A stretch of 64,000 nt of DNA, taken from positions 1-64,000 of the IMG/VR virus record IMGVR_UViG_3300046820_001062. One strand, 5' to 3'. Position 1 is the first letter of the stretch; each line of letters starts with the position of its first letter. Positions 55,501-64,000 of the stretch are shown piece by piece. Both the position numbers and the translations under genes were made by a program. The stretch comes from a virus. The notes below the pieces were generated by a model, which was not told the DNA's origin, ran no database searches, and worked only from the letters and a program-made list of their open reading frames with translations.

Positions 55501-57132
55501 TGCAGAAGGATAGACATCATATTTAGATTTGGCAGCAGCCTTAGCTCTTGACCATAATTCAGGATTAGTAGGAACATTTCCTCCTTTTGCCATCATGTCT
55601 AGTTCATTATAATCTTTCATTGTAAAGTTGTTTTCTATTAAATTTTCTCCACCAAACTCATTTCTTTTATGATTATAGTCAATGCGTTTACTTGAAGTTT
55701 TTGATCTTTTAAATTTATCTTTTTCAGATTGACTTAATTCTGAAGCTGTTTTTGGTGTGTCACTGTTTACTCTTTTTGAAGGTCTACACGCAGGATAACC
55801 AGCACGTTTTTCTCCTTCTTGTCTTCCACACTCTTTTCCTGTTTTTACATCAATCCACTTCTCAGCAAACCATCTATCTAATCCACCATGTTGTCCTCCA
55901 TCTTTAGCGTAAGGACTAAATTGATTAGTTTCTTTTTTAGATATAGTATTTAACATGTCTACAATTTGTTTATCATTGTAAACATCTCTTAATTGTTCCA
56001 ATGGATCATACCCTGTTTTAATATGATCTTTATATTTTTTTAAAATTTCAAGTGTAACTTTTTGATTAAATGGATTATATAATCCTTGATTTTTTGCATT
56101 ATATCTAAAATTCAAAAGTCTAGCTCTTGTTTCTGTAGGATCAGCTACATAATTTTGAAACTCACTTAACTGTCTTTTTCCATCCTTACCATATGCATAG
56201 GTTTGTATTTTTTTCAAATCTGAATCTGGCATTAAATAACCAGATGCATCTGAAGCATGACCAAGTTCATGTACTAAAGTTTGATTAGCAGCATCTAAAT
56301 AAGACTCATCATGTAAATGTATATCATAATTATTTTTTGGAATAAGGGCTGCAATGCCTGCATACTTTTGAGAAGGTGCAAAAATATAACTGTTTAAACC
56401 AGTTTTACTAAACAAATCATTTGCACCTGTTAATTCATTTTTTCTTGTTGCAAAACCTGCCGTACCTGAATTTGGATCACTACTAGATTCTTTACTATCT
56501 AACTGTTTATTAAAGTTTTTAAATGTATGTACATTTACATTAGCTTGTTTAATTAAAGCGTTTCTGTCATTAATAATTTTATCAGCATATATGTAGTTTA
56601 TTCCAGAAGGATCATCTTTATCTACACTATCATATAACATTTGCTTACCCATGGCAGAGTTATTCCAATTGGTTAAAAACTGTCTTTCTGCAAATGCTTG
56701 ATTTGTTAATGGAGGCAGCATTCCTGCTTGTCTAAGTTTTCTTGTATCTGCATTTGGATTCAATGAGCTAGCACCACCATACTGCATTTTCCAATTAGAA
56801 GATGGTTGCTCTAATTCAGGTTGCATTGTATAATCAGTAGTTATTTCTGAACCTACAGGTAAATCTTGTGCAGCAACTAAATATCTTTGATTACCCTGTG
56901 CTATGCTAATAGCATTTGGTTCAAAAGAATGATTATGAAATTTTCCTATTTTACCAACAGGTTGTCCATTTGAATGAGCAAGTCCTATAACTTCACCTTC
57001 TCTTATGTTTTTATTTGTAAAAAGCCCTTTACCTTGAATTTTACTTTTATCAACAAAAACATTATTTTCTTCTTGAGCTTCTTGCGCCCTAGAAGAAATA
57101 AACTTCATCAATATTTTATTCTTATCATTCAT
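52600..57132 (-). CDS. Multi-module GG-punctuated protein (1510 aa): SET domain, zincin, DUF5872-like and DUF5754-like modules
   Basis: SET motifs SKIQGKGLF, NHSFEPN, EITTDY; HELGH; RWFAEKW...CGR...YPACRP; YPSAYA; KKWMV...VHGG...DFKQH; about 20 xxxGG motifs. Confidence 0.85.
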   Translation of the reverse strand: MNDKNKILMKFISSRAQEAQEENNVFVDKSKIQGKGLFTNKNIREGEVIGLAHSNGQPVGKIGKFHNHSFEPNAISIAQGNQRYLVAAQDLPVGSEITTDYTMQPELEQPSSNWKMQYGGASSLNPNADTRKLRQAGMLPPLTNQAFAERQFLTNWNNSAMGKQMLYDSVDKDDPSGINYIYADKIINDRNALIKQANVNVHTFKNFNKQLDSKESSSDPNSGTAGFATRKNELTGANDLFSKTGLNSYIFAPSQKYAGIAALIPKNNYDIHLHDESYLDAANQTLVHELGHASDASGYLMPDSDLKKIQTYAYGKDGKRQLSEFQNYVADPTETRARLLNFRYNAKNQGLYNPFNQKVTLEILKKYKDHIKTGYDPLEQLRDVYNDKQIVDMLNTISKKETNQFSPYAKDGGQHGGLDRWFAEKWIDVKTGKECGRQEGEKRAGYPACRPSKRVNSDTPKTASELSQSEKDKFKRSKTSSKRIDYNHKRNEFGGENLIENNFTMKDYNELDMMAKGGNVPTNPELWSRAKAAAKSKYDVYPSAYANGYAAKWYKEKGGSWRKAEFGMEVSDYAFGGYIPEMMNGGCMECGGQMEYGGEPETNSLSPQDLNNWNQFVKYAKKSGAASDDRYNHDKKLGYELIKKYNQENPNAAIDSNKVKDYQSYFLNMAAGNTASGQMGVKTANSFKNGISRVDGFLGLKTLNQMVPKVSTEINGVRTDYGSDFASANRNFAGPQADNLKKFVNYDNATAQQQQAFDEAMLARKKQEIAAQVRKPVATSGNPNNPANYQEFLASGESWAPAPDGGFYVKQYGGEMQPQQQESEESQKTGNIDDALGEISMMLEGGTNPDDILKMLMEQGLSEEQGQGIIQSAMNDIAESDMEEEDVPLDTEDIEDTSSELLESDDEMKYGGIKINPRKKGTFKAQATKMGMSVQEAAEHILNNKEEYSPEMVKKANFARNFAKELGGQLYEMAEGGTIPSRYKNMGFTKVGVKKQSTRPGKKWMVLAKKGDQYKVVHGGWKGMQDFKQHGSEKRKDRFWDRMGGRDSAKAKDPFSPLYWHKRFGTWAEGGENDVEMVEGIANILTQVNDPQNRQKIAKNMMADFEREGVKYDLQKFLEMAKTKMQDGGAYDYDTYTAGDQRTDVTESHTLNSLKNNSWNRGLAAANSLGDPRSMVWALPNKGLLGTVKGIAGAAAGLSGAVLGYEKLFAKPKTTEYVVNPETQESGKLQDVIQARKEKQDAIMKDWSSPEMYQDSPLNEKRRKDNMIPSGPMGPGDFDGGYPSGPSYENLARYGGTMRRYQDGGDTPLTYDEWMAQNGRGLMGEEGRDMNDYQQYLAGFKAANTPATATSVGGVETAQTPGGNAQPGTTSPTANGFTQTKRGDTAGIVAANNALAGLGMVNQVLGAKDYQKEYEQRLKEIGNTMNRYNPQNAINPFGNYTLNAGPASNFGLVANTPIQDFGTKMSSARYGGLIPFIPATRHYAEGGEFYADEEEIKRILAMGGEIEYLD

Positions 57133-60100
57133 TACCTTGAACTATTGAGATGTTTTGAATTTGTTAGTTTTAAAATCATTTTTTTATCACCACTTACATT
57201 CTTACGCAAGATTACTTTGTTACCATAGTGTCTAAACTTCTTATGTTCAGTAGGTGTCTTAAAGTAATTTACATAATCAGGATTAATTGTTCTTTCATAA
57301 CCTGAACATTTTGTAATCCACATAGGTGTGTCATTACCAGAAAACTCACCTCTATCTTTTGTAACATCCCAGAATTGATTAAATCTAAATCTATTTTCTT
57401 CTTTAGAATAAAGAATATCAATACCTGTTGTTGTTGCTTGTGGATAGTTTACTAAATCTAAAGGATTATTTTTACCTTTAAGTTTCAGTTTAAGTAATCC
57501 AGACATTTGCTCAGAGTTATGTATAATAGCTCTGTCAAAGTTTTCATCTAAGATATGATTAAAATCTTTACCATCATTGAAGAATTTATAAACGTCTAGT
57601 GTGTATTCAATACTTCTTAATGTAGTGATGTTATTAGGTGTTGTCACAGGGTATTCTACTTCCCATGGATAATCTACACCATAGTAGTTAGCAAAACTAT
57701 CCCAGCGATCATTGTGTTTCCAAAATCCTCTACCTTTAATTGTAAAGAAGTGTTCATGTGACGGCATCAACAAACTAGGTTTCCAATCATGGAAACTAAT
57801 CCATAACTTTTGTTTAGGATCATAACTGATAGTCCAACCACATGGTTTAAAACATTTAGGATCATCATAAGCACAAGGGCATTTGATAATTGTAGGCTTA
57901 TTTACAATAACTTCTAATTCACATATTGTACTTTGATCTCCTCTAACACTAATCAAACTATAAGTAGTAGTTGCTGTTGGTGTTACAATCATTGAATCTA
58001 CAGGGTTAACTGTATAATTACCAGGCATCAATGTAACTGAATCTGGATTACCTGTTACAGACCAAGTTAAATTGATTGATTCTCCTTCATTTATAACATA
58101 AGGAACAGAATCAAATGTGCACTCTAAAGTAACAGGAGGACATGGAACATTTAAAATTGTATCTGATATAATACTACCTACTATACCAGTTGCAGCTTGA
58201 CTTTTTGTACCACCTGTAGTATTTGCATAGATGTCATGAATTAAAGATATGGTAGGAGCAACTGATGGACTAGTTACACCAACACCTGTTGCAATTGGAA
58301 ATATTTTAATATCTGCTGCTGCAGCATTGTTTGCAATAGTCTGTGCATTAACATCGTCTTGACCAACAACATAGTAATCATCTGTACCAGATGGTCTAGC
58401 ATCTGTAATCATAATGATTAACTTAATAGCATCTGTCCTAAATGTACCTGCGTCACCATCAACTGCCATTTGAATACCAACATCTGTTGGTTCTGGTTCA
58501 TTACAACCATTACCTAAAGTTACTGCTTGTAATGCTGCATTAAAAGCTGTTATGTTATTAGCTGACATTGAATGCCTAACCACGTTGTCTAATGCACAAG
58601 TTTGATTTACAGTGATTAATCCAAATCTGTAATCATTGTTTGATTTTGTTACAGCATCTGCAGCAATGTTTGATATACTAGTTTTTAAGTTATTCAATAC
58701 ACCACCCATACTACCAGTAATATCTAACACAAAAACCAAATCTAATGGTGCAGTACAGAATACAGGTTCTTCAGCCATTAGCATCATAGCTGGTCTACCA
58801 GCAACAGATATTTCACCTAATGTTCCTTGTAATGATATTGATGGTGTTTCTCCGCATGAATACACAGGAGTAACAGAAATTTTATAATGTGAATCTAAGT
58901 TTAGGGTTTCACTTTGTGGAACAGAACCTGAAAAATAGTTTATAGTTGAAGGTATAGTATAAGTATTTGCAGGATAACTTAATGTTTCTCCTTTCATAAA
59001 TGTACTATAGGTATAGTCACCCATAAAGCTATCATAAGTTCCTAACCAAATCTGAATAAGATATTGCTGTGGATTTTCTTGATTTGATGCTAATGTGGGA
59101 TGACTCCAATCTACAGTAACAGTTCCATCTTCATTTAGCCCACCTACAGTCATAGATGTAATTTGTGTTGGTACACATTCAGAAGGAGTACTACCGCCAC
59201 CTGTAGTTCCACATATGTAATATGGTACACCAGATGGATCATCAAAATGTAAATCTGATCTCAAAGGAACGTAGTCTTTCTTAGTAAAGTATACTAATTC
59301 ATACTGAGGATCATAAATAGACTGTACACCAATACCTGCAACAGGGTTGTCATAAAGTGGATAATCAGGATATTGACGTAGTAACTCTGAAGGTAAGTTT
59401 TCTGCAAACCAGAATTTCATACCATTTCTAGATATCTCATCAAGACTGCCGGCATAATGCATAATTTTACCTGACTTCTGAGAAGCATAAAATAAACCAT
59501 GTGGAGTATTTACAGCTGATCTTGAAGAAATACATGCACCATATTCTAATGCGTCATCAGCATTAGTAAGACTTTGCATGTTTTGTTGGAATAATCCACC
59601 ATCACCAATTGTAATTTTAACACCACCTTTAGTCTGTAATTGATCAACACCTACAAATTGTGTAGGTTCTGCATTCTCAAATAATATTACAGCACCTGTG
59701 CCATTTAAAGATTTTATTGTGCTGATTTTTCCTCCAAAATCTTTATAGTTAAGTGGTAAAAAGTTTCTCCAGTTATCTCGTTTGAGACCTGACTGCTGTT
59801 GGAGAGAGTACACTCCACGTTTAGGGTAGTACTCAAAACATGTGCTATATATGGTTGGGTCATAGTCTCTTGGGAGAATTTGTCCCCAGGTAGCAAAGTT
59901 GTTGAACAGTTTGGATGTGCTAAGTGATAAGTCATACTTGTTATAAATTGGTTTGGTAATCAAATCTGATCTGAACATCAATTGCTCATCATTAAATGAA
60001 TTACCATATACATCATAGAACTTTTGAAAATCTTCCTCACCATAGTCTCTAAAAGCCATGTTAAGTTCAGACTCTGTGTAAAAATCTCTGATACCATTAT

Positions 60101-63100
60101 GAAATAAATATGCAAAACACTTTCTTAAAGTCCATGTACCAGTTCCACCAGCTCTGTCCATTCTATGAAAACTACTTGGTGTTGTAAAATTTAATTGTGG
60201 TACAATTCCCAAAAATCCTCCTAATGATATATTCATGTCAAAGTCTGTTGTATCAAACTTATCATAATCAATCCAATATCTTGGAGCAGGGCCATTTACA
60301 TAATTTCTATAATTGTACTCAGTAGTATTTGGCATGTCAAACATCCATGTGTTAAAGAACATGTATGGATTTTTTTCAGTGTATCTGTTAATATAGATAT
60401 CACCACCAAATATAACAGAAGTGTTATACTTTGTTATTAACTGAGGAGTTGTTGAATATATACATGAATCTGTTGGCAATTGAACAATAGAACTCAATTG
60501 ACCATACTGATTTTCAAAATCAACTTTTAATGCACCATAATAAGCAACAGTATTTGTTGTAATAGAATCTTTAACAGGATTAGAACGATCAATGCCACCA
60601 TCCTGAACTCTATGTTTTGTATTATCAGTAGTTGAAGAAACATCTGGTAAATCTGATGTTAACTTGACAGCTACATATTTGTTTCTATTTAGATTGTTAA
60701 TTCTATATGTGGCATCAAAATCATGAATACCTGAACCAATATATTTAGCTCCTGAATCTGCAACTTTTCTTCTAAAGGCTCTTGGTAAACCAGAAGGAAC
60801 AGATGAGTTAGAAACAGGTGAGTATGAATCATAAAAACCATGACTGTTATATTGAAGCATGTACTGTCTTTCTTTACCAAGTTTTCTAAAAATTTCTAAA
60901 ACTTGATCTGTACCTTGCCCCCAATAGTATGCTCCTGAAGCAATCATCACAGCAATACCTGCAATTGTTGTTGCCACACTACCAGATCCCCAAACACTCA
61001 ATGCACTTGTTGCTCCACCTAAAATAAGATCTCCTATTGCAGAAGCTGGTCCTGATTCTCTTGATGCTTCAGCGCCACCCAAATAAGCACCTGTACCTAG
61101 AGCTAATGCCCAAGGATCATTTTTTGCAGTGTATGTAGTTTTACCTACAGCTGCTACTAAAGCAATACCTAAACCAATAATTCCAGCAGTTACAAAAGCA
61201 CCATCTGTTAAGATTACATGTTTAGGATGTTTATGAGGATATTCAAACTTACCAATTACTTTACCTCTTTCCTCTGTGTATATTTTAACATAGTTTGAAC
61301 CAATGTATGGTTTAACAAAATTTGTTTCTACAGCATGAAATGATAAATAATTTCTCTTATGAGTATCTAATTTTGATGCAGATTCTACGCCAGATTGACT
61401 TCCTTTTCCTTCATCAAGAATAGAATAGTCATTACTTAAGAAGTTATCAGGTCTAATATCATTGTAAGGATAGTTTTGAAATAATCCTTTTCTACCAGTA
61501 CTACCTTGAATATCAAACTCAAACATGTTGTTAAATAAACCTTTAGCAACAATAGTTCTATTTCCTTCTCTTGAACCCCTTAATATCTCATAACCTACAA
61601 TATCTTTGATTGCTTTTAAATCCTCGTCAACTGGATGTTGTATGTTTGAAAATTGAACACCAAGATTATAAATATAATCACCACCTTGACTATGAATATG
61701 AATTGTTTCATTAGAAGGCATTTTGTGGTGTCTAATTGGTTTACCACATAGTGTACCCCATACTTCAGGTTTATCATCTGGATATTTTTCAGTTGATTCC
61801 CAGTATGCCATATCACCTTTAGCAATAATAACACCGCCATCTTTGGTTGTACCAGATGCTAAATATTTTGTAGCAGTATCATATACTTGCCAAACTTGAG
61901 TTTCGTTTGAATAAACAACATCTGATGTTGACACAGAAGCTGTATCAGCAGGAGTTGCTAATCTACCAGGAATATGAAAAGAAGCACTTCTTGCACCAGT
62001 TTTGTATACCCATCTAATAAAGAATGCATACACTTCATCACGCATGTATCCTGTAACATTACCGCCATTGTGATAATATGAAGAAGGATATTGTGCAGCA
62101 ACCCATTCTACTTTGATATCATTTGCTTGTTTCTGATAATTAAAATAAGGTTGAGTAGTTACCCCAGTTCTGATAAGATAGTTATTGACAGAGTGCATTT
62201 TCTCACTCTTTTCATAAACTACAGATTTTAAAGGTATTACTGCAAGTTCAACTGTTGGTAAACTTTGATTATATAAGTCAAGATGTACTGATGTTTGTCT
62301 AATTGAATAGTTACCAATTTTTTTAGCAATAGTTTGCTGATTAATTACAGCAATAACAACAAGTTCATATTCATCATAATCCTTGTCTAAGTTCTCTATT
62401 GTAATATCTAATGCACCACCTATTCCAGTATGATCCCACAATGCTTGTGGTTGACTTGGAATAGAATAGTCAGTAAGTCTTATTCCATTTTCAGAATAAG
62501 CTACAACAGCCATGTAACTACCATTATTTAACTGACCAGCTCCTTGAGCCTTTTTTACAGTAACGCAAGGTTGTGTTACAAGAGGATGTAATCTTATAGC
62601 ATCGCAATCTAGCTCTGTGGTATATTCAGGAATAAAACAATCCTCATCTTGTGATAAGTTGTTACCTGTAGTTTTATATGGAACCCTATCAAGATTTAAT
62701 ACTCTATCAGGATTTAAATTGTCTTGAAAATATGTTGAATAAGTACAGTCATAGTTTTCCTTTGTGACTGCAGTAATCAAATGTGTTTTTTTAAAACCAA
62801 GACATGGATCATTTACAACTTTTGTATATGAACAATCTCTTTCATCAAAGATACCTATCTCTGATGAAACATCATTTGTAGAGAATATAACCCAAGATGT
62901 TTTAGACTTGTGAGAAATACCAATAACATCATAAGTTGCGTTTACACAAAACTTATTAGAAGGTTCATTTCCTATGGAACCAGTCTCACCATAGTGAGCA
63001 TTGTTAATAGCATTTACCGCATTAGTCCAAAGACCTTCTGAAATGTAAATATCAGTATAGTCTTTGACCATACCTTTATTAAAGGCATTTGTCTTGGCAG

Positions 63101-63128
63101 CACTTGTATTTGTAAAATTCTCGCTCAT
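57132..63128 (-). CDS. Tail stabilisation/muzzle protein (1998 aa) with inserted FN3-like and vWA domains
   Basis: Beta-rich scaffold with GDIYINRY and WTISY...WISFHDWKP blocks of crAss-like stabilisation proteins; MIDAS DLVFVLDITGSMG; follows tail ring gene. Confidence 0.75.
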   Translation of the reverse strand: MSENFTNTSAAKTNAFNKGMVKDYTDIYISEGLWTNAVNAINNAHYGETGSIGNEPSNKFCVNATYDVIGISHKSKTSWVIFSTNDVSSEIGIFDERDCSYTKVVNDPCLGFKKTHLITAVTKENYDCTYSTYFQDNLNPDRVLNLDRVPYKTTGNNLSQDEDCFIPEYTTELDCDAIRLHPLVTQPCVTVKKAQGAGQLNNGSYMAVVAYSENGIRLTDYSIPSQPQALWDHTGIGGALDITIENLDKDYDEYELVVIAVINQQTIAKKIGNYSIRQTSVHLDLYNQSLPTVELAVIPLKSVVYEKSEKMHSVNNYLIRTGVTTQPYFNYQKQANDIKVEWVAAQYPSSYYHNGGNVTGYMRDEVYAFFIRWVYKTGARSASFHIPGRLATPADTASVSTSDVVYSNETQVWQVYDTATKYLASGTTKDGGVIIAKGDMAYWESTEKYPDDKPEVWGTLCGKPIRHHKMPSNETIHIHSQGGDYIYNLGVQFSNIQHPVDEDLKAIKDIVGYEILRGSREGNRTIVAKGLFNNMFEFDIQGSTGRKGLFQNYPYNDIRPDNFLSNDYSILDEGKGSQSGVESASKLDTHKRNYLSFHAVETNFVKPYIGSNYVKIYTEERGKVIGKFEYPHKHPKHVILTDGAFVTAGIIGLGIALVAAVGKTTYTAKNDPWALALGTGAYLGGAEASRESGPASAIGDLILGGATSALSVWGSGSVATTIAGIAVMIASGAYYWGQGTDQVLEIFRKLGKERQYMLQYNSHGFYDSYSPVSNSSVPSGLPRAFRRKVADSGAKYIGSGIHDFDATYRINNLNRNKYVAVKLTSDLPDVSSTTDNTKHRVQDGGIDRSNPVKDSITTNTVAYYGALKVDFENQYGQLSSIVQLPTDSCIYSTTPQLITKYNTSVIFGGDIYINRYTEKNPYMFFNTWMFDMPNTTEYNYRNYVNGPAPRYWIDYDKFDTTDFDMNISLGGFLGIVPQLNFTTPSSFHRMDRAGGTGTWTLRKCFAYLFHNGIRDFYTESELNMAFRDYGEEDFQKFYDVYGNSFNDEQLMFRSDLITKPIYNKYDLSLSTSKLFNNFATWGQILPRDYDPTIYSTCFEYYPKRGVYSLQQQSGLKRDNWRNFLPLNYKDFGGKISTIKSLNGTGAVILFENAEPTQFVGVDQLQTKGGVKITIGDGGLFQQNMQSLTNADDALEYGACISSRSAVNTPHGLFYASQKSGKIMHYAGSLDEISRNGMKFWFAENLPSELLRQYPDYPLYDNPVAGIGVQSIYDPQYELVYFTKKDYVPLRSDLHFDDPSGVPYYICGTTGGGSTPSECVPTQITSMTVGGLNEDGTVTVDWSHPTLASNQENPQQYLIQIWLGTYDSFMGDYTYSTFMKGETLSYPANTYTIPSTINYFSGSVPQSETLNLDSHYKISVTPVYSCGETPSISLQGTLGEISVAGRPAMMLMAEEPVFCTAPLDLVFVLDITGSMGGVLNNLKTSISNIAADAVTKSNNDYRFGLITVNQTCALDNVVRHSMSANNITAFNAALQAVTLGNGCNEPEPTDVGIQMAVDGDAGTFRTDAIKLIIMITDARPSGTDDYYVVGQDDVNAQTIANNAAAADIKIFPIATGVGVTSPSVAPTISLIHDIYANTTGGTKSQAATGIVGSIISDTILNVPCPPVTLECTFDSVPYVINEGESINLTWSVTGNPDSVTLMPGNYTVNPVDSMIVTPTATTTYSLISVRGDQSTICELEVIVNKPTIIKCPCAYDDPKCFKPCGWTISYDPKQKLWISFHDWKPSLLMPSHEHFFTIKGRGFWKHNDRWDSFANYYGVDYPWEVEYPVTTPNNITTLRSIEYTLDVYKFFNDGKDFNHILDENFDRAIIHNSEQMSGLLKLKLKGKNNPLDLVNYPQATTTGIDILYSKEENRFRFNQFWDVTKDRGEFSGNDTPMWITKCSGYERTINPDYVNYFKTPTEHKKFRHYGNKVILRKNVSGDKKMILKLTNSKHLNSSR

Positions 63129-63499
63129 TACTCTTTGATGTTGTAATTTTTCTGACGTAATACTTTATAAATTGTCTCAGTCAAGTGACCAACTAACCAT
63201 GCAGTAGATTCTTCATCTGTGATGTTAATGTCAGTTAATATTCTAACTGCTAAATGGTATACCTCATGTGATATAAGATTGATTGTAAGTTTATCTTCTT
63301 CATATACAATGTAGTATTCTAAACCATTTTTACCAGGCATATCAAACACACATCCATAACTATCTGTAACATCAACTAATGACTTAGTTTTTTTATCAAT
63401 ATAGTCTTGCATATCCTGCATGCTTTCTACAACACGTAGATTTACTACTGCATCATAAATAGCAAGGTTTATTTTTTTTTTAAATATTTTTGCAGCCAT
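63128..63499 (-). CDS. Small zincin-like metallopeptidase (123 aa)
   Basis: SHEVYH followed by DEESTAW; TAATG-coupled on both sides. Confidence 0.65.
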   Translation of the reverse strand: MAAKIFKKKINLAIYDAVVNLRVVESMQDMQDYIDKKTKSLVDVTDSYGCVFDMPGKNGLEYYIVYEEDKLTINLISHEVYHLAVRILTDINITDEESTAWLVGHLTETIYKVLRQKNYNIKE

Positions 63500-64000
63500 T
63501 AGATATTGCTCTTAAACATGTTATAGTAATTATGATACTGAGCTTTTCTATTTAACTCCCACGTTTTCTTTAGTTCTCTAAAGTCTGGTGTGTTGATAAA
63601 TGATAAAGCGTTGTTTCTAGCCACTCTTAGTTTTTGTTCTACTAATTGTAGATAGTTAATGACATTCTCTCCAGACATATATAAGTTTTCATATATTCTC
63701 TGTTTTAATGCATACTCATAAAATTCATTTACTAATGGATGTTCCATAACCAAAAGGTTACCTTTGTCATCCTCCATTAAACTTTGATAATTAATATATA
63801 CAACACCCTCATCAAAGTTTGTAACTAAAAATCCATTTTTGATATAAGCTACATTTGGATCATGACTATTCAAATTAAAACAATCAGCAGATACTGATTT
63901 GCTTTTTTCTATTCTTAAAGGAATCAAATGTGAATGCTCATATCTTCTTCCATTTAGATTATATGCTACAACTTTTTTACCACTTGCATCACTTACAATT
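63499..64000 (-). CDS. Tail ring/tubular protein, 5'-truncated by window edge
   Basis: Frame stays open from 63999 through the track's TTG at 63927; C-terminal GVVYINY...HPLVNEFYEYALKQRIYENL resembles crAss-like ring proteins. Confidence 0.65.
   Translation of the reverse strand, partial: IVSDASGKKVVAYNLNGRRYEHSHLIPLRIEKSKSVSADCFNLNSHDPNVAYIKNGFLVTNFDEGVVYINYQSLMEDDKGNLLVMEHPLVNEFYEYALKQRIYENLYMSGENVINYLQLVEQKLRVARNNALSFINTPDFRELKKTWELNRKAQYHNYYNMFKSNI

Noticed and set aside
52600-57132. CRISPR-like or mini-array reading of the recurring ccaccata-type DNA words
   Set aside because: Matches are short, in frame, irregularly spaced and explained by xxYGG codons
584-61840. The many 61-127 aa antisense or alternate-frame ORFs in the track
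   Set aside because: They lie wholly or largely inside long motif-bearing genes and have no recognisable motifs; treated as shadow ORFs
1-64000. Stop-codon reassignment, common in some crAss-like phages
   Set aside because: ORFs up to 3773 aa are intact in code 11, and both TGA (5691, 41956) and TAG (13141) end genes; no fragmentation
1-64000. tRNA, rRNA or integrase/mobile-element genes
   Set aside because: Intergenic gaps are short, and I saw no cloverleaf, T-loop consensus or recombinase motifs; a tRNAscan-SE run would confirm

Overview
AT-rich segment of a crAss-like (Crassvirales-type) phage genome, probably infecting a Bacteroidota (Flavobacteriia-like) host, read in the standard genetic code. 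1-11.9 kb: plus-strand replication and nucleotide genes (family B DNA polymerase ending in a QLSLF clamp-binding motif, DUF932-like protein, dNMP kinase, class Id-like ribonucleotide reductase beta and alpha, ThyX), interrupted by an inverted four-gene lysis cassette. 11.9-64 kb: one minus-strand virion block. In transcription order it holds a tail ring protein (truncated), a small zincin, a 1998-aa muzzle/stabilisation protein with an FN3-like + vWA insertion, and six large cargo-type proteins (1510, 1146, 874, 1474, 3773 and 1965 aa; the 3773-aa one is the virion RNA polymerase). Two S74-chaperone tail fibres, a Cys-rich tip protein and small genes follow. Two signals stand out. (1) The only four cysteines I found in 7212 aa of three consecutive giant cargo proteins sit at the facing termini, suggesting a covalently linked head-to-tail ejection chain. 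(2) A 1510-aa protein is punctuated by about 20 [M/Y/F/W]xxGG-type motifs that separate effector-like modules (SET methyltransferase, zincin, giant-virus-type DUF modules), suggesting a Gly-Gly-processed polyprotein. Family assignments come from motif recognition by eye; no searches were run.
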